Below, in pieces: positions 1 through 7,485 of a stretch of DNA of 38,845 nt. The notes beneath the pieces are model-generated. The model was not told where the DNA came from, did no database searches, and saw nothing but the letters and a program-made list of their open reading frames with translations. The position numbers and the translations under genes were made by a program. Numbering within the stretch: the first letter of the stretch is position 1; each line of letters starts with the position of its first letter. Source of the DNA: a bacterium (GTDB taxonomy: Bacteria > Patescibacteriota > Saccharimonadia > Saccharimonadales > Saccharimonadaceae); the NCBI GenBank assembly GCA_021780305.1, contig JAJXYZ010000042.1:1-38845 (forward strand), in the 5' to 3' direction.

Positions 1-36
1 GGTCTTGTTTAGTGCGATTTATCAAGGTCAGAATTA

Positions 37-1005
37 GTGGATATATTTGCACCGATTCAGTGGTTTGCTGATTGGCTGGCATATGGTGTATTTGATATAG
101 CTAAAGGTTCGGCTCTCGGTAATACTGTAAACTTTTTTATTTATGACTCGATAAAGATAATTATATTATTGGCGGTGATTATATTTATAGTCTCGTTTAT
201 TAGATCGTATTTTCCACCAGAAAAAACGAAGAAACTATTATCTAATGCAAAATTCCCGATTTTAAATAATTTTATGGCGGCACTATTTGGTATCGTTACG
301 CCATTTTGCTCTTGTTCGGCAGTGCCATTATTTATTGGCTTCATTGAAGCTGGTGTGCCGCTTGGAGTGACGTTGTCGTTTTTAATATCCGCACCGATGG
401 TTAATGAAATTGCTCTCGTTCTATTATGGGGTTTATTTGGCTGGAAGATTGCTTTAATCTATATCGTTTCGGGCGTTGTCATTGCAACAGTTGCCGGTTG
501 GATTTTAGGAAAACTAAGGCTTGAAAAGTGGGTTGAAGGTTTTGTCTATCAGATAAAAAGTATTCAAGCAGGCGAAAAAAAGCTAGAAACAAAAGCCAGG
601 TTTGTTTATGCGAAACAGTACGCCATCGATATCGTTAAAAGTGTTTGGATCTATATATTAGTTGGCGTTGGGCTGGGTGCTTTGATGCACGGTTATGCGC
701 CGAGTGATTTGTTGGTTAAGTATGCTGGCCCAAATAATTTCTTTGCCGTACCTCTAGCGACACTTATTGGCATTCCGCTTTATTCGAATGCTGCCGGTAC
801 GATACCGATTGTTTCGGTCCTTATAAATAAAGGCATGGCCATGGGGACGGCTCTGGCGTTTATGATGGCGGTAACAGCCTTGTCATTACCGGAATTTATT
901 ATTTTAAAGAAAGTACTTAAACCAAAATTGATCGTGACATACGCTACAATTGTTGGACTTGGAATAATATTTACAGGCTATTTGTTTAACGGCATCATAC
1001 ATTAA
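37..1005 (+). CDS. Multi-pass membrane permease, UPF0718/YraQ (ArsP-like) family
   Basis: 322-aa ORF starting at GTG; an in-frame stop at 10-12 fixes the 5' limit. Hydrophobic throughout. Contains the cysteine motif 'TPFCSCSAVPLF' typical of this permease family. Confidence 0.6.
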   Translation: MDIFAPIQWFADWLAYGVFDIAKGSALGNTVNFFIYDSIKIIILLAVIIFIVSFIRSYFPPEKTKKLLSNAKFPILNNFMAALFGIVTPFCSCSAVPLFIGFIEAGVPLGVTLSFLISAPMVNEIALVLLWGLFGWKIALIYIVSGVVIATVAGWILGKLRLEKWVEGFVYQIKSIQAGEKKLETKARFVYAKQYAIDIVKSVWIYILVGVGLGALMHGYAPSDLLVKYAGPNNFFAVPLATLIGIPLYSNAAGTIPIVSVLINKGMAMGTALAFMMAVTALSLPEFIILKKVLKPKLIVTYATIVGLGIIFTGYLFNGIIH

Positions 1006-1033
1006 GCATTCTATGATGTGCTAGACTTAGATT

Positions 1034-2806
1034 ATGAAAAAAATGCTTGTGTATGTAGCGGCGTTTGCATCAGTTGTTTTGCTCGGTGTTGGGATTAGCC
1101 CTAACGTTAATGCTGTAGGCCTCAACAACTTTACAATAAGCTCATACCAGATTGATTACTATCTTGATCGTGATTCAAGCAACCATTCTACTCTTAAAAC
1201 TGTTGAAAAAATTGTGGCCGAGTTTCCTAGTTTTGATCAAAATCATGGAATTGAGCGTTATGTGCCGCAAAGCTATGACAATCATTCGACTAACCTAAGT
1301 ATTGCATCAGTGACTGACGAGTCTGGTTTAGCTTTATCGTACACAACCTATATATCAAACGATAACAAGGTTATTCGAATAGGTGACGCCAATCAGTATG
1401 TTCATGGCACTAAAACTTACGTAATTACATATAATCAACAAGATGTTACTCGTTATTTTGATAATACAAAAAGAGACGAGTTTTATTGGGATACAAATGG
1501 TACGGGATGGGGTGTGCCAATCGTACATTTATCGGTGACTCTTCATATCGGTGGGGGCATATCATCTAGTTTGAGTAATAACAACGCTTGTTATGTGGGT
1601 GTTCAGGGCTCAAATACGCCATGCGATGTATTGGCAAGTCCTGACGGTTTTGTGGCCTCAGCCGATGATTTGCAGCCAAAAGAAAACTTAACTGTCGCAA
1701 TCGGATTTAAGCCACAAACATTTGCGGCCTACACGCAATCGATACAGGACATATTCAAAATATATTGGGTATTTTGCCTTGTTATTTTGTCACCAATAAT
1801 TGCCATAACGTTGATGATTATTTTGGGGGTTTGGGCACAAAGTGCGTATAACCGGCGCAAAGATGTCGGTACGATTGTGCCAGAGTACCTGCCTCCAAGT
1901 GATGCCAGCGTGACTGTTTCGGCTACAATTTATAACAAACCGATGAAGGCCTTTAGTGCTCAGCTGATTGATTTTGCTGTTAGGCATTACATTAAAATTT
2001 ATCAGATTAGTGAAAAGTCGATATTTAAGCGGGCGGAATATGAACTTGAGATAATTAAAGATATCTCTGATTTACGTGACGAAGAACGCGAAATTTTGAC
2101 CGATATGTTCGATTCAGTCGCCATTGGTTCGAGATTTAATTTAAAGGATATGGAGCAAAATCGAACACTGTTTTATATCAGATTTAAAGACAACATTAAA
2201 AAACTAAATACCAACATACGCGGTCGTTATGGGCTTCGGGCGAAAGATCCCAGTTTAAAGCCAAGATTTATACGTTTAGGTACGATTGGTTTAGTACTAG
2301 CGATTCTGACAATTTCACCATTGATTTTAACGGTTTCTATCATGGCTTATATAACCGCTTGGACGTTGTGGCCACTAACAGATAAAGGTGTTGAACTGCG
2401 TCGTTATCTTGAAGGCTTGAAAATGTACATATCAGTAGCCGAAGTCGATCGGTTAAAGATGCTGCAAAGCCCGGAAGGTGCTGAAAAAATTGAGATATCA
2501 ATCGATGCAAATGATAAAGGTCAACTTGTTAAGCTATATGAGCGGGTGCTACCATATGCGATTTTATTTAACCAAGAAAAAGGCTGGAATAATCAACTTG
2601 GCGCGTATTATGAATCGATTAATCAAGCGCCGGAATGGTATGTGGGTCAAAGTGCGGTCTTTAATGCAGCGGTGTTTAGTTCGGCTATGAATAGTTTTAG
2701 TCAAACAGTTAGCTACGCTGGCGCGTCAAATTCAAGCACTGGTGGTAGTGGCGGCGGTGGCTCATCTGGCGGCGGAGGCGGTGGCGGCGGTGGCGGCGGC
2801 TGGTAG
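1034..2806 (+). CDS. DUF2207-family membrane protein with signal peptide and poly-Gly C-terminal tail
   Basis: 590 aa. Has an N-terminal signal-like segment (MKKMLVYVAAFASVVLLGV...NA), a large exported N-domain, central TM helices and a C-terminus GGSGGGGSSGGGGGGGGGGGW. This architecture and Gly-tail are characteristic of DUF2207 proteins. Confidence 0.6.
   Translation: MKKMLVYVAAFASVVLLGVGISPNVNAVGLNNFTISSYQIDYYLDRDSSNHSTLKTVEKIVAEFPSFDQNHGIERYVPQSYDNHSTNLSIASVTDESGLALSYTTYISNDNKVIRIGDANQYVHGTKTYVITYNQQDVTRYFDNTKRDEFYWDTNGTGWGVPIVHLSVTLHIGGGISSSLSNNNACYVGVQGSNTPCDVLASPDGFVASADDLQPKENLTVAIGFKPQTFAAYTQSIQDIFKIYWVFCLVILSPIIAITLMIILGVWAQSAYNRRKDVGTIVPEYLPPSDASVTVSATIYNKPMKAFSAQLIDFAVRHYIKIYQISEKSIFKRAEYELEIIKDISDLRDEEREILTDMFDSVAIGSRFNLKDMEQNRTLFYIRFKDNIKKLNTNIRGRYGLRAKDPSLKPRFIRLGTIGLVLAILTISPLILTVSIMAYITAWTLWPLTDKGVELRRYLEGLKMYISVAEVDRLKMLQSPEGAEKIEISIDANDKGQLVKLYERVLPYAILFNQEKGWNNQLGAYYESINQAPEWYVGQSAVFNAAVFSSAMNSFSQTVSYAGASNSSTGGSGGGGSSGGGGGGGGGGGW
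2741..2800 (+). repeat. GGY-codon (glycine) triplet low-complexity tract at the 3' end of the DUF2207 gene
   Basis: Direct reading: ggtggtagtggcggcggtggctcatctggcggcggaggcggtggcggcggtggcggcggc. This is a simple-sequence tract and potentially length-variable. Confidence 0.8.
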
Positions 2807-2817
2807 ACGCGCTCGAT

Positions 2818-3549
2818 CTAGCGTGTTGAGGCGGCTGTGAAGAGTTTTATCCACTGCGCTAGTGTCATCTGCGAAGGTTTGATATCGGCTTTTAGGCCAA
2901 CCTCTGATAACGGCATTTTTGCGAACTTTTTCGGATCAGAAAAACAATCGACTATTACTTTTTTGTAAGTATTAAGCTTATCGGAGCTAATTAATGGCTC
3001 GTCGCGATGCGCGATTTCAAGGAGTACGGTATCGACATTTGGATGTGGCCAAAAGTCGGTGCGTCGCAGTGGTCGGCGGATGCGCACGGCAAATTCAGGT
3101 CCGATAATCATGCCGAGTTGGCTGGTGAATCGATCAGAATTAGCCAGAAGTTTGTTGGCAAATTGTTTTTGGACAATTAAATAGCTGGCAACAGGTGGAT
3201 TCTTGGTCTCGGTAATTTTATGAAGGATTGGTGAGCTAAGATGAAAGGGTATATTGGCAAATATTTTATATGGTTTTTCTGGCAAATCCATTCCTAAAAA
3301 ATCACCTTGATAGATTGTTACATTCGGAAATTTTTCCATATTTTCACGTAGTTTAGCTGCAACTCGAGGCTCGACCTCGATGGCGGTGACTGATTTGCAA
3401 CGTGTTGCTAGGACTGACGAAATCACGCCGCTACCGGCGCCAATATCGATTACGTCATCATGCTTATTTATTGAAGTATGACCGACTAGTTCTTTGACAA
3501 GCTGCGGGCTGCGTAAGAAGTGTTGTGAATAATCAGCGAGACGTTTCAA
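2818..3549 (-). CDS. rRNA adenine N6-(di)methyltransferase, Erm/KsgA family (Erm-like size)
   Basis: 243 aa with a TTG start preceded by AGGA. Carries 'SQHFL' (compare Erm SQNFI, KsgA GQNFL), the SAM motif 'VIDIGAGSGVIS', 'YKIFANIPFHLSSPILHKI' (N-I-P-F/Y catalytic motif) and a helical C-terminal domain. Confidence 0.75.
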   Translation of the reverse strand: MKRLADYSQHFLRSPQLVKELVGHTSINKHDDVIDIGAGSGVISSVLATRCKSVTAIEVEPRVAAKLRENMEKFPNVTIYQGDFLGMDLPEKPYKIFANIPFHLSSPILHKITETKNPPVASYLIVQKQFANKLLANSDRFTSQLGMIIGPEFAVRIRRPLRRTDFWPHPNVDTVLLEIAHRDEPLISSDKLNTYKKVIVDCFSDPKKFAKMPLSEVGLKADIKPSQMTLAQWIKLFTAASTR

Positions 3550-3645
3550 GATAATTCCTAATAATTGTTACTTTTATTATCATAATCATAGCACGGTTAA
3601 ATAAGCCTGTTGTGACTGTCGTATCAATTACATAGAAGATTGTAT

Positions 3646-3658
3646 GTAGTAAAATAGA
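3646..3658 (+). promoter_or_regulatory. Putative promoter core (GTAGTAAAATAGA, -10 TAAAAT) for the 3680 gene; same 13-mer as at 5366
   Basis: The exact 13-mer is shared with 5366-5378. Both copies lie about 20-35 nt upstream of SD-led starts of small membrane-protein genes. Confidence 0.35.
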
Positions 3659-3679
3659 TATGTAAGCAGGAGTATTGCT

Positions 3680-3904
3680 ATGGAAGAGCCAGTTACTACA
3701 ACAAGAAAAAGATATTCACCAGGACAAGGCGCCACCGCTATTAGTGGCGGTGGCGGCGTTGTTTACGGATTGGGTTTAGTCGGAGCGCTTATTTATTTTC
3801 TACAGCACGCCGTTGGCTTGTGGCCAATTGTGCTGGCGATTTTGAAGGCCATCGTTTGGCCAACCTTTATCGTTTTCAAATTACTTGAAAACCTATTTGG
3901 TTAA
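3680..3904 (+). CDS. Small two-TM membrane protein, unknown function
   Basis: 74 aa. SD AGGAG lies 7 nt upstream. Has a Gly-rich segment followed by two hydrophobic helices. Confidence 0.5.
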   Translation: MEEPVTTTRKRYSPGQGATAISGGGGVVYGLGLVGALIYFLQHAVGLWPIVLAILKAIVWPTFIVFKLLENLFG

Positions 3905-4296
3905 TGAGCAATTGGTCGACGATGGTTCCAGAATGTCGACTGGTCATCGGACCTCATTGAGTGTTGGACATGGCTCGCAACTGATATTACCCAGCCTGAT
4001 CCAATTAGAATCGCTACACTATAGAATATGACTGGACTTGATACAACAAGACCAATCGCAGCAACAATGCCAGCGACAATACCGATAGCTATTTCGGTAA
4101 GATTGCGCCAGCTTCGATTTGCTAGATCAAAGCCGTTGATGGCTACCATGCCCAGTCCAAGCACAGCCAAGACAGCGACAGCACTATTCCAACTGTCTAA
4201 CATCACCCACGATAATCCGTAAATTTTTACAAATACTACGACTACGCCTAAAACAAAAAGGGCAGCGGTAGCAATATCACGCCAAGAGAGTTTCAT
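3901..4296 (-). CDS. Four-TM membrane protein, possibly SPW-repeat-like
   Basis: 131 aa with four hydrophobic helices carrying recurring S-W motifs (LSW, DSW, RSW). The start overlaps the upstream ORF's stop (ATGA). Confidence 0.45.
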   Translation of the reverse strand: MKLSWRDIATAALFVLGVVVVFVKIYGLSWVMLDSWNSAVAVLAVLGLGMVAINGFDLANRSWRNLTEIAIGIVAGIVAAIGLVVSSPVIFYSVAILIGSGWVISVASHVQHSMRSDDQSTFWNHRRPIAH

Positions 4297-4487
4297 AATG
4301 TTTTTCCTCCTCGATGCATTTTTTTAGATAGAGAACCTGATTTTATTTGATTGTTTAATTGACGCCAACGTCTAATCTGCAAACGCCTCGCACGCTGCAG
4401 CCAGTTATCACTACTGTCGTAATCAAAATCATCCAATCGTATATCTGATAATTTTGTCGGACTGTTAACGATTCGTAGCCTATTCAT
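4293..4487 (-). CDS. Small basic hypothetical protein
   Basis: The track ORF begins at TTG 4493. The ATG at 4487 has GGAGG 7 nt upstream and a TATAAT box further up. Arg-rich 'RARRLQIRRWRQL'. Coupled to the downstream membrane protein by an ATGA overlap. Confidence 0.4.
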   Translation of the reverse strand: MNRLRIVNSPTKLSDIRLDDFDYDSSDNWLQRARRLQIRRWRQLNNQIKSGSLSKKMHRGGKTL

Positions 4488-4606
4488 ATCCAAACCTCCA
4501 AATTATTATAATTTTTAGCGGTTTTGGTTTTTTTGTTTGCCTCCTCTCCTCATCTTTGTCCTCCTGTTTAGATGCGTCCATTATCGCTGGAATGCATATA
4601 AAATTC

Positions 4607-4622
4607 TATGAGTGCAATCACA
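4607..4622. promoter_or_regulatory. CRP-like operator candidate TATGA-N6-TCACA upstream of the first crp paralogue
   Basis: Read directly: tatgagtgcaatcaca, one mismatch to TGTGA-N6-TCACA. It lies about 30 nt upstream of a TATAGT box (4652-4657). Confidence 0.25.
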
Positions 4623-4676
4623 GATTGATTGATGTTACTCGGCAAGTGGAATATAGTGATACGTAAGGGAGTCGTT

Positions 4677-5327
4677 ATGAGTACCCCGGATCAAAAGCAA
4701 CTCGATTCATTCTTTAGAAAGTATCCGATACGGCATTTTGATAAAGGCCAGATTATCATAGCGACTAATGAAACTCCACCAGGAATCTTTTATGTAGTAA
4801 GCGGACAGGTAAGACAGTATGATATCACGGATCTAGGTGTTGATATCGTGCTAGATGTCCTGCTTGATTCATCAGTCTTTCCATTAGAGTGGGCGGTGCG
4901 AGATGTTAACACTCAATACTTTTATCAAGCGATTAGTCCGGTTGAGGTTCGGCTTGCTCCACTTAACGAGTTGCAAAATTTTCTAAAACAGTCTCCAAGG
5001 CTAGTCTACAGTATGTTAAATCGTTCGGTGGCTGCCATGACGATTATGCAGCGTCGGATGGCTCATTTAATGAGCGGCGTAACCTATAACCGAGTAATGT
5101 TTGAATTAATTGCGCAGGCCAAGCGTCTGGGCATTAAGCAGACTGATGGATCTTATCTATTGAATATGCATGAGGATGAGTTGGCGCAACGGGCGGGCTT
5201 AACGCGTGAAACAGTTAATCGTGAGGTTGGAAAGTTAAAACGGTTAGGTTTGGTTGAGGTCAATCATCGTCGAATTAGTATTAAAAATTTAGATAAACTC
5301 GAATCACTACTAGGTGATCATCTCTAA
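4677..5327 (+). CDS. Crp/Fnr-family transcriptional regulator (paralogue 1)
   Basis: N-terminal cNMP-binding-like beta-roll and a C-terminal HTH 'EDELAQRAGLTRETVNREVGKLKRLGLVEV'. Start moved to ATG 4677 because AAGGGAG lies 6 nt upstream; the track start is 4629. Confidence 0.8.
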   Translation: MSTPDQKQLDSFFRKYPIRHFDKGQIIIATNETPPGIFYVVSGQVRQYDITDLGVDIVLDVLLDSSVFPLEWAVRDVNTQYFYQAISPVEVRLAPLNELQNFLKQSPRLVYSMLNRSVAAMTIMQRRMAHLMSGVTYNRVMFELIAQAKRLGIKQTDGSYLLNMHEDELAQRAGLTRETVNREVGKLKRLGLVEVNHRRISIKNLDKLESLLGDHL

Positions 5328-5365
5328 GTTATTTTAAAGAAAGTACTATACTGGAAGTAATGGAC

Positions 5366-5378
5366 GTAGTAAAATAGA
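5366..5378 (+). promoter_or_regulatory. Putative promoter core (GTAGTAAAATAGA) for the pspC-domain operon
   Basis: Exact copy of the 13-mer at 3646-3658. It is followed by SD GAGGAGG and ATG 5398. Confidence 0.35.
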
Positions 5379-5397
5379 GTTACGAGGAGGTATCAGC

Positions 5398-5823
5398 ATG
5401 GCTACAAATACCAAAACTTTTCGGCGATTGCCGGCACAGGGCAAGATATTTGGCGTGTGCGCGGGTATCGCAGATTACTTTGAAATGGACGTAACGTTAC
5501 TGCGTGTGATTTTTGTCGTACTAACTATTCTTAGCGGTGGTGGTCTATTGGTTTTATACCTAGCCCTTGCTTTAATTATGCCAGTGTCTGACTCGCCGGT
5601 GTCGCATAAAAATGTTTCGTCTGACGATCGGCCGCTATCTGAAGAAGTATCCAGCCAGCATCAGAGTAACGTGCGCAATTATGTAGGAATTGGTTTAGTT
5701 GTTTTTGGCCTATGGCTACTTATGGGACAATTCTTCCCAGGGTTTTTCTTGCTACGCTGGGAATTCGTTTGGCCAGTAATACTGATTTTGTCTGGTTTAG
5801 TCATTGCTACTAGAAGGCGGTAG
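5398..5823 (+). CDS. PspC-domain membrane protein (envelope stress)
   Basis: Canonical PspC domain 'FRRLPAQGKIFGVCAGIADYFEMDVTLLRVIFVVLTIL' plus further TM helices. Confidence 0.85.
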   Translation: MATNTKTFRRLPAQGKIFGVCAGIADYFEMDVTLLRVIFVVLTILSGGGLLVLYLALALIMPVSDSPVSHKNVSSDDRPLSEEVSSQHQSNVRNYVGIGLVVFGLWLLMGQFFPGFFLLRWEFVWPVILILSGLVIATRRR

Positions 5824-5828
5824 TTATT

Positions 5829-6818
5829 ATGGCTAAAAAAATAGAATTAAACGAAGTCAAACCAGTTAAGCCGGTAGAACTCGATGAACTTGCTAATGAA
5901 CCGCTTGATCCAAAGCATGCTGTTGATCATAGAGTTAAGCACTGGAAGATTGGTCGGATATTTTGGGGGTTACTGTTTGTATTAATTGGCCTGCTGATAC
6001 TAGCGAGTAATAGTGGATTAGTCAGTTTAAATTGGTTTAATTTATGGCGCTTGTGGCCACTTTTCATAATTATGATCGGTATGTCTATATTGACTATCCA
6101 GGGCTGGGCTGGACGGCTACTAGCGGTTGTTATAGTGGTGTTGGCGCTTGGAGCGGTGACGTATGCGCTGATCTATAATCCTCATGATATTCGTCAAACT
6201 TCGATTTATAATATATCGTCGCAAAAATTAGATCTTGCAACTAACGCTGAAGTTAATGTTCAGACTGGGCTTGGGCAACTCGATATTAATTCAACCGACC
6301 AAACGGCTGTCGTTCAAGCTAAATTAGAGAGTAATATTTCAAAATTGACGAGCGATGCGATATTAACCGGTACAACTCAGGTTACGAATATTAACACGGA
6401 CGTAACCGATAATTGGGCGGCTGGTAATGTTGATAATCGACTAAATTTAAATGTGACGCGTGCGCTGCCGATTCGTTTAAACCTTAATATAGGCGCGTCT
6501 AACATAAACGCGGATCTGACACTGGCCCGTCTTCAAAGTCTTAGTATAAAAAGTAGCGCGACCAAATCTGACATAAAATTAGGCAATATTGAAGACTTAA
6601 CGACGGTAAACTTAGATTCCGGGGCAAGTTCATTTGTCATACGTGTGCCTAGTACTAGTGGTGTAAGTGTAAAATTAAGCGGGTTGACCAGTAATAACCT
6701 TGAAGGGTTAGTTAAAAATGGCGATACATACGAATCGTCTAATTACGGATTAGCCACAAAAAAAATTGATATAGTCGGTCGATTAGGCCTAGCATCGTTT
6801 AAACTCGAACAATATTAA
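5829..6818 (+). CDS. LiaF-like / DUF5668-type membrane protein with beta-rich extracytoplasmic domain
   Basis: 329 aa. Has an N-terminal TM bundle ('IFWGLLFVLIGLLILASNSGL...WRLWPLFIIMIGM') and a C-terminal Asn/Thr/Ser-rich repetitive beta-type domain. Lies immediately downstream of pspC (5-nt gap). Confidence 0.5.
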   Translation: MAKKIELNEVKPVKPVELDELANEPLDPKHAVDHRVKHWKIGRIFWGLLFVLIGLLILASNSGLVSLNWFNLWRLWPLFIIMIGMSILTIQGWAGRLLAVVIVVLALGAVTYALIYNPHDIRQTSIYNISSQKLDLATNAEVNVQTGLGQLDINSTDQTAVVQAKLESNISKLTSDAILTGTTQVTNINTDVTDNWAAGNVDNRLNLNVTRALPIRLNLNIGASNINADLTLARLQSLSIKSSATKSDIKLGNIEDLTTVNLDSGASSFVIRVPSTSGVSVKLSGLTSNNLEGLVKNGDTYESSNYGLATKKIDIVGRLGLASFKLEQY

Positions 6819-6885
6819 GTCGATTTATTGTTTTTAGTAGAATTTATTATGTATTTTTGGTATTAGTCTGTCATAATTAAAACAT

Positions 6886-7485
6886 ATGAGAATCTGGCAA
6901 ACATCCCAAAAGCGATTAGGCCTCGCTTTGACAATTTTTTCAATTATCGGCCTAATTGCATCTTTCGTTTTAACATACGATACGATTGAGAAAATAAAAA
7001 ATCCAAGCTTTAACCCTACGTGCAACATCAGTCCGATTATTAGTTGCGGAAAGGCGATGACATCGCTTCAAGGCGAATTATTTGGCATACCAAACCCAGT
7101 TTATGGAATTATGGCATTCACTGCTTTGTTGGCGTTTTCGGTGACACTTTTGGCGGGAGCGCGGTATAAGCGTTGGCTGTGGTTGACTGCAGAATTTGTG
7201 GCACTAACTGGTGTGATTTTTGTGCACTATCTATTTTATGTCAGTATGGTTGAGTTGGGTTCGATATGCCCATGGTGTTCGCTTGTATGGGTGACGACAA
7301 TTGCCATATTTTGGTATTTAACTACGCACTTGGTGGCAACCGGTATGTTGTCATGGCAGACAAAGTCTAATCGGATTGCTAACTTTTGGAAAACCTATTC
7401 AGCACCAGTTTTAGTTTTATGGTATTTAGTCTTGATTGTGATTGTTTTTTTAAGATTCAGTAGCTACTGGCTATCCTTGATATGA
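6886..7485 (+). CDS. Vitamin K epoxide reductase (VKOR) family membrane protein
   Basis: 199 aa. Has a loop Cys pair 'PTCNISPIISC' and a TM-embedded CxxC 'CPWC' in a multi-TM scaffold, which is the VKOR signature. Confidence 0.8.
   Translation: MRIWQTSQKRLGLALTIFSIIGLIASFVLTYDTIEKIKNPSFNPTCNISPIISCGKAMTSLQGELFGIPNPVYGIMAFTALLAFSVTLLAGARYKRWLWLTAEFVALTGVIFVHYLFYVSMVELGSICPWCSLVWVTTIAIFWYLTTHLVATGMLSWQTKSNRIANFWKTYSAPVLVLWYLVLIVIVFLRFSSYWLSLI

Noticed and set aside
4515-4553. 12-codon minus-strand mini-ORF (MRRGGKQKNQNR) in the polypurine stretch upstream of the 64-aa gene
   Set aside because: There is no SD, it is very short, and the sequence is low-complexity GA-rich spacer. Nothing suggests it is translated.
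4629-4676. Upstream ATG start (MMLLGKWNIVIRKGVV...) for crp-1
   Set aside because: The ATG at 4677 has AAGGGAG 6 nt upstream, and a TATAGT box (4652-4657) lies inside the putative extension. The paralogue also lacks such an extension.
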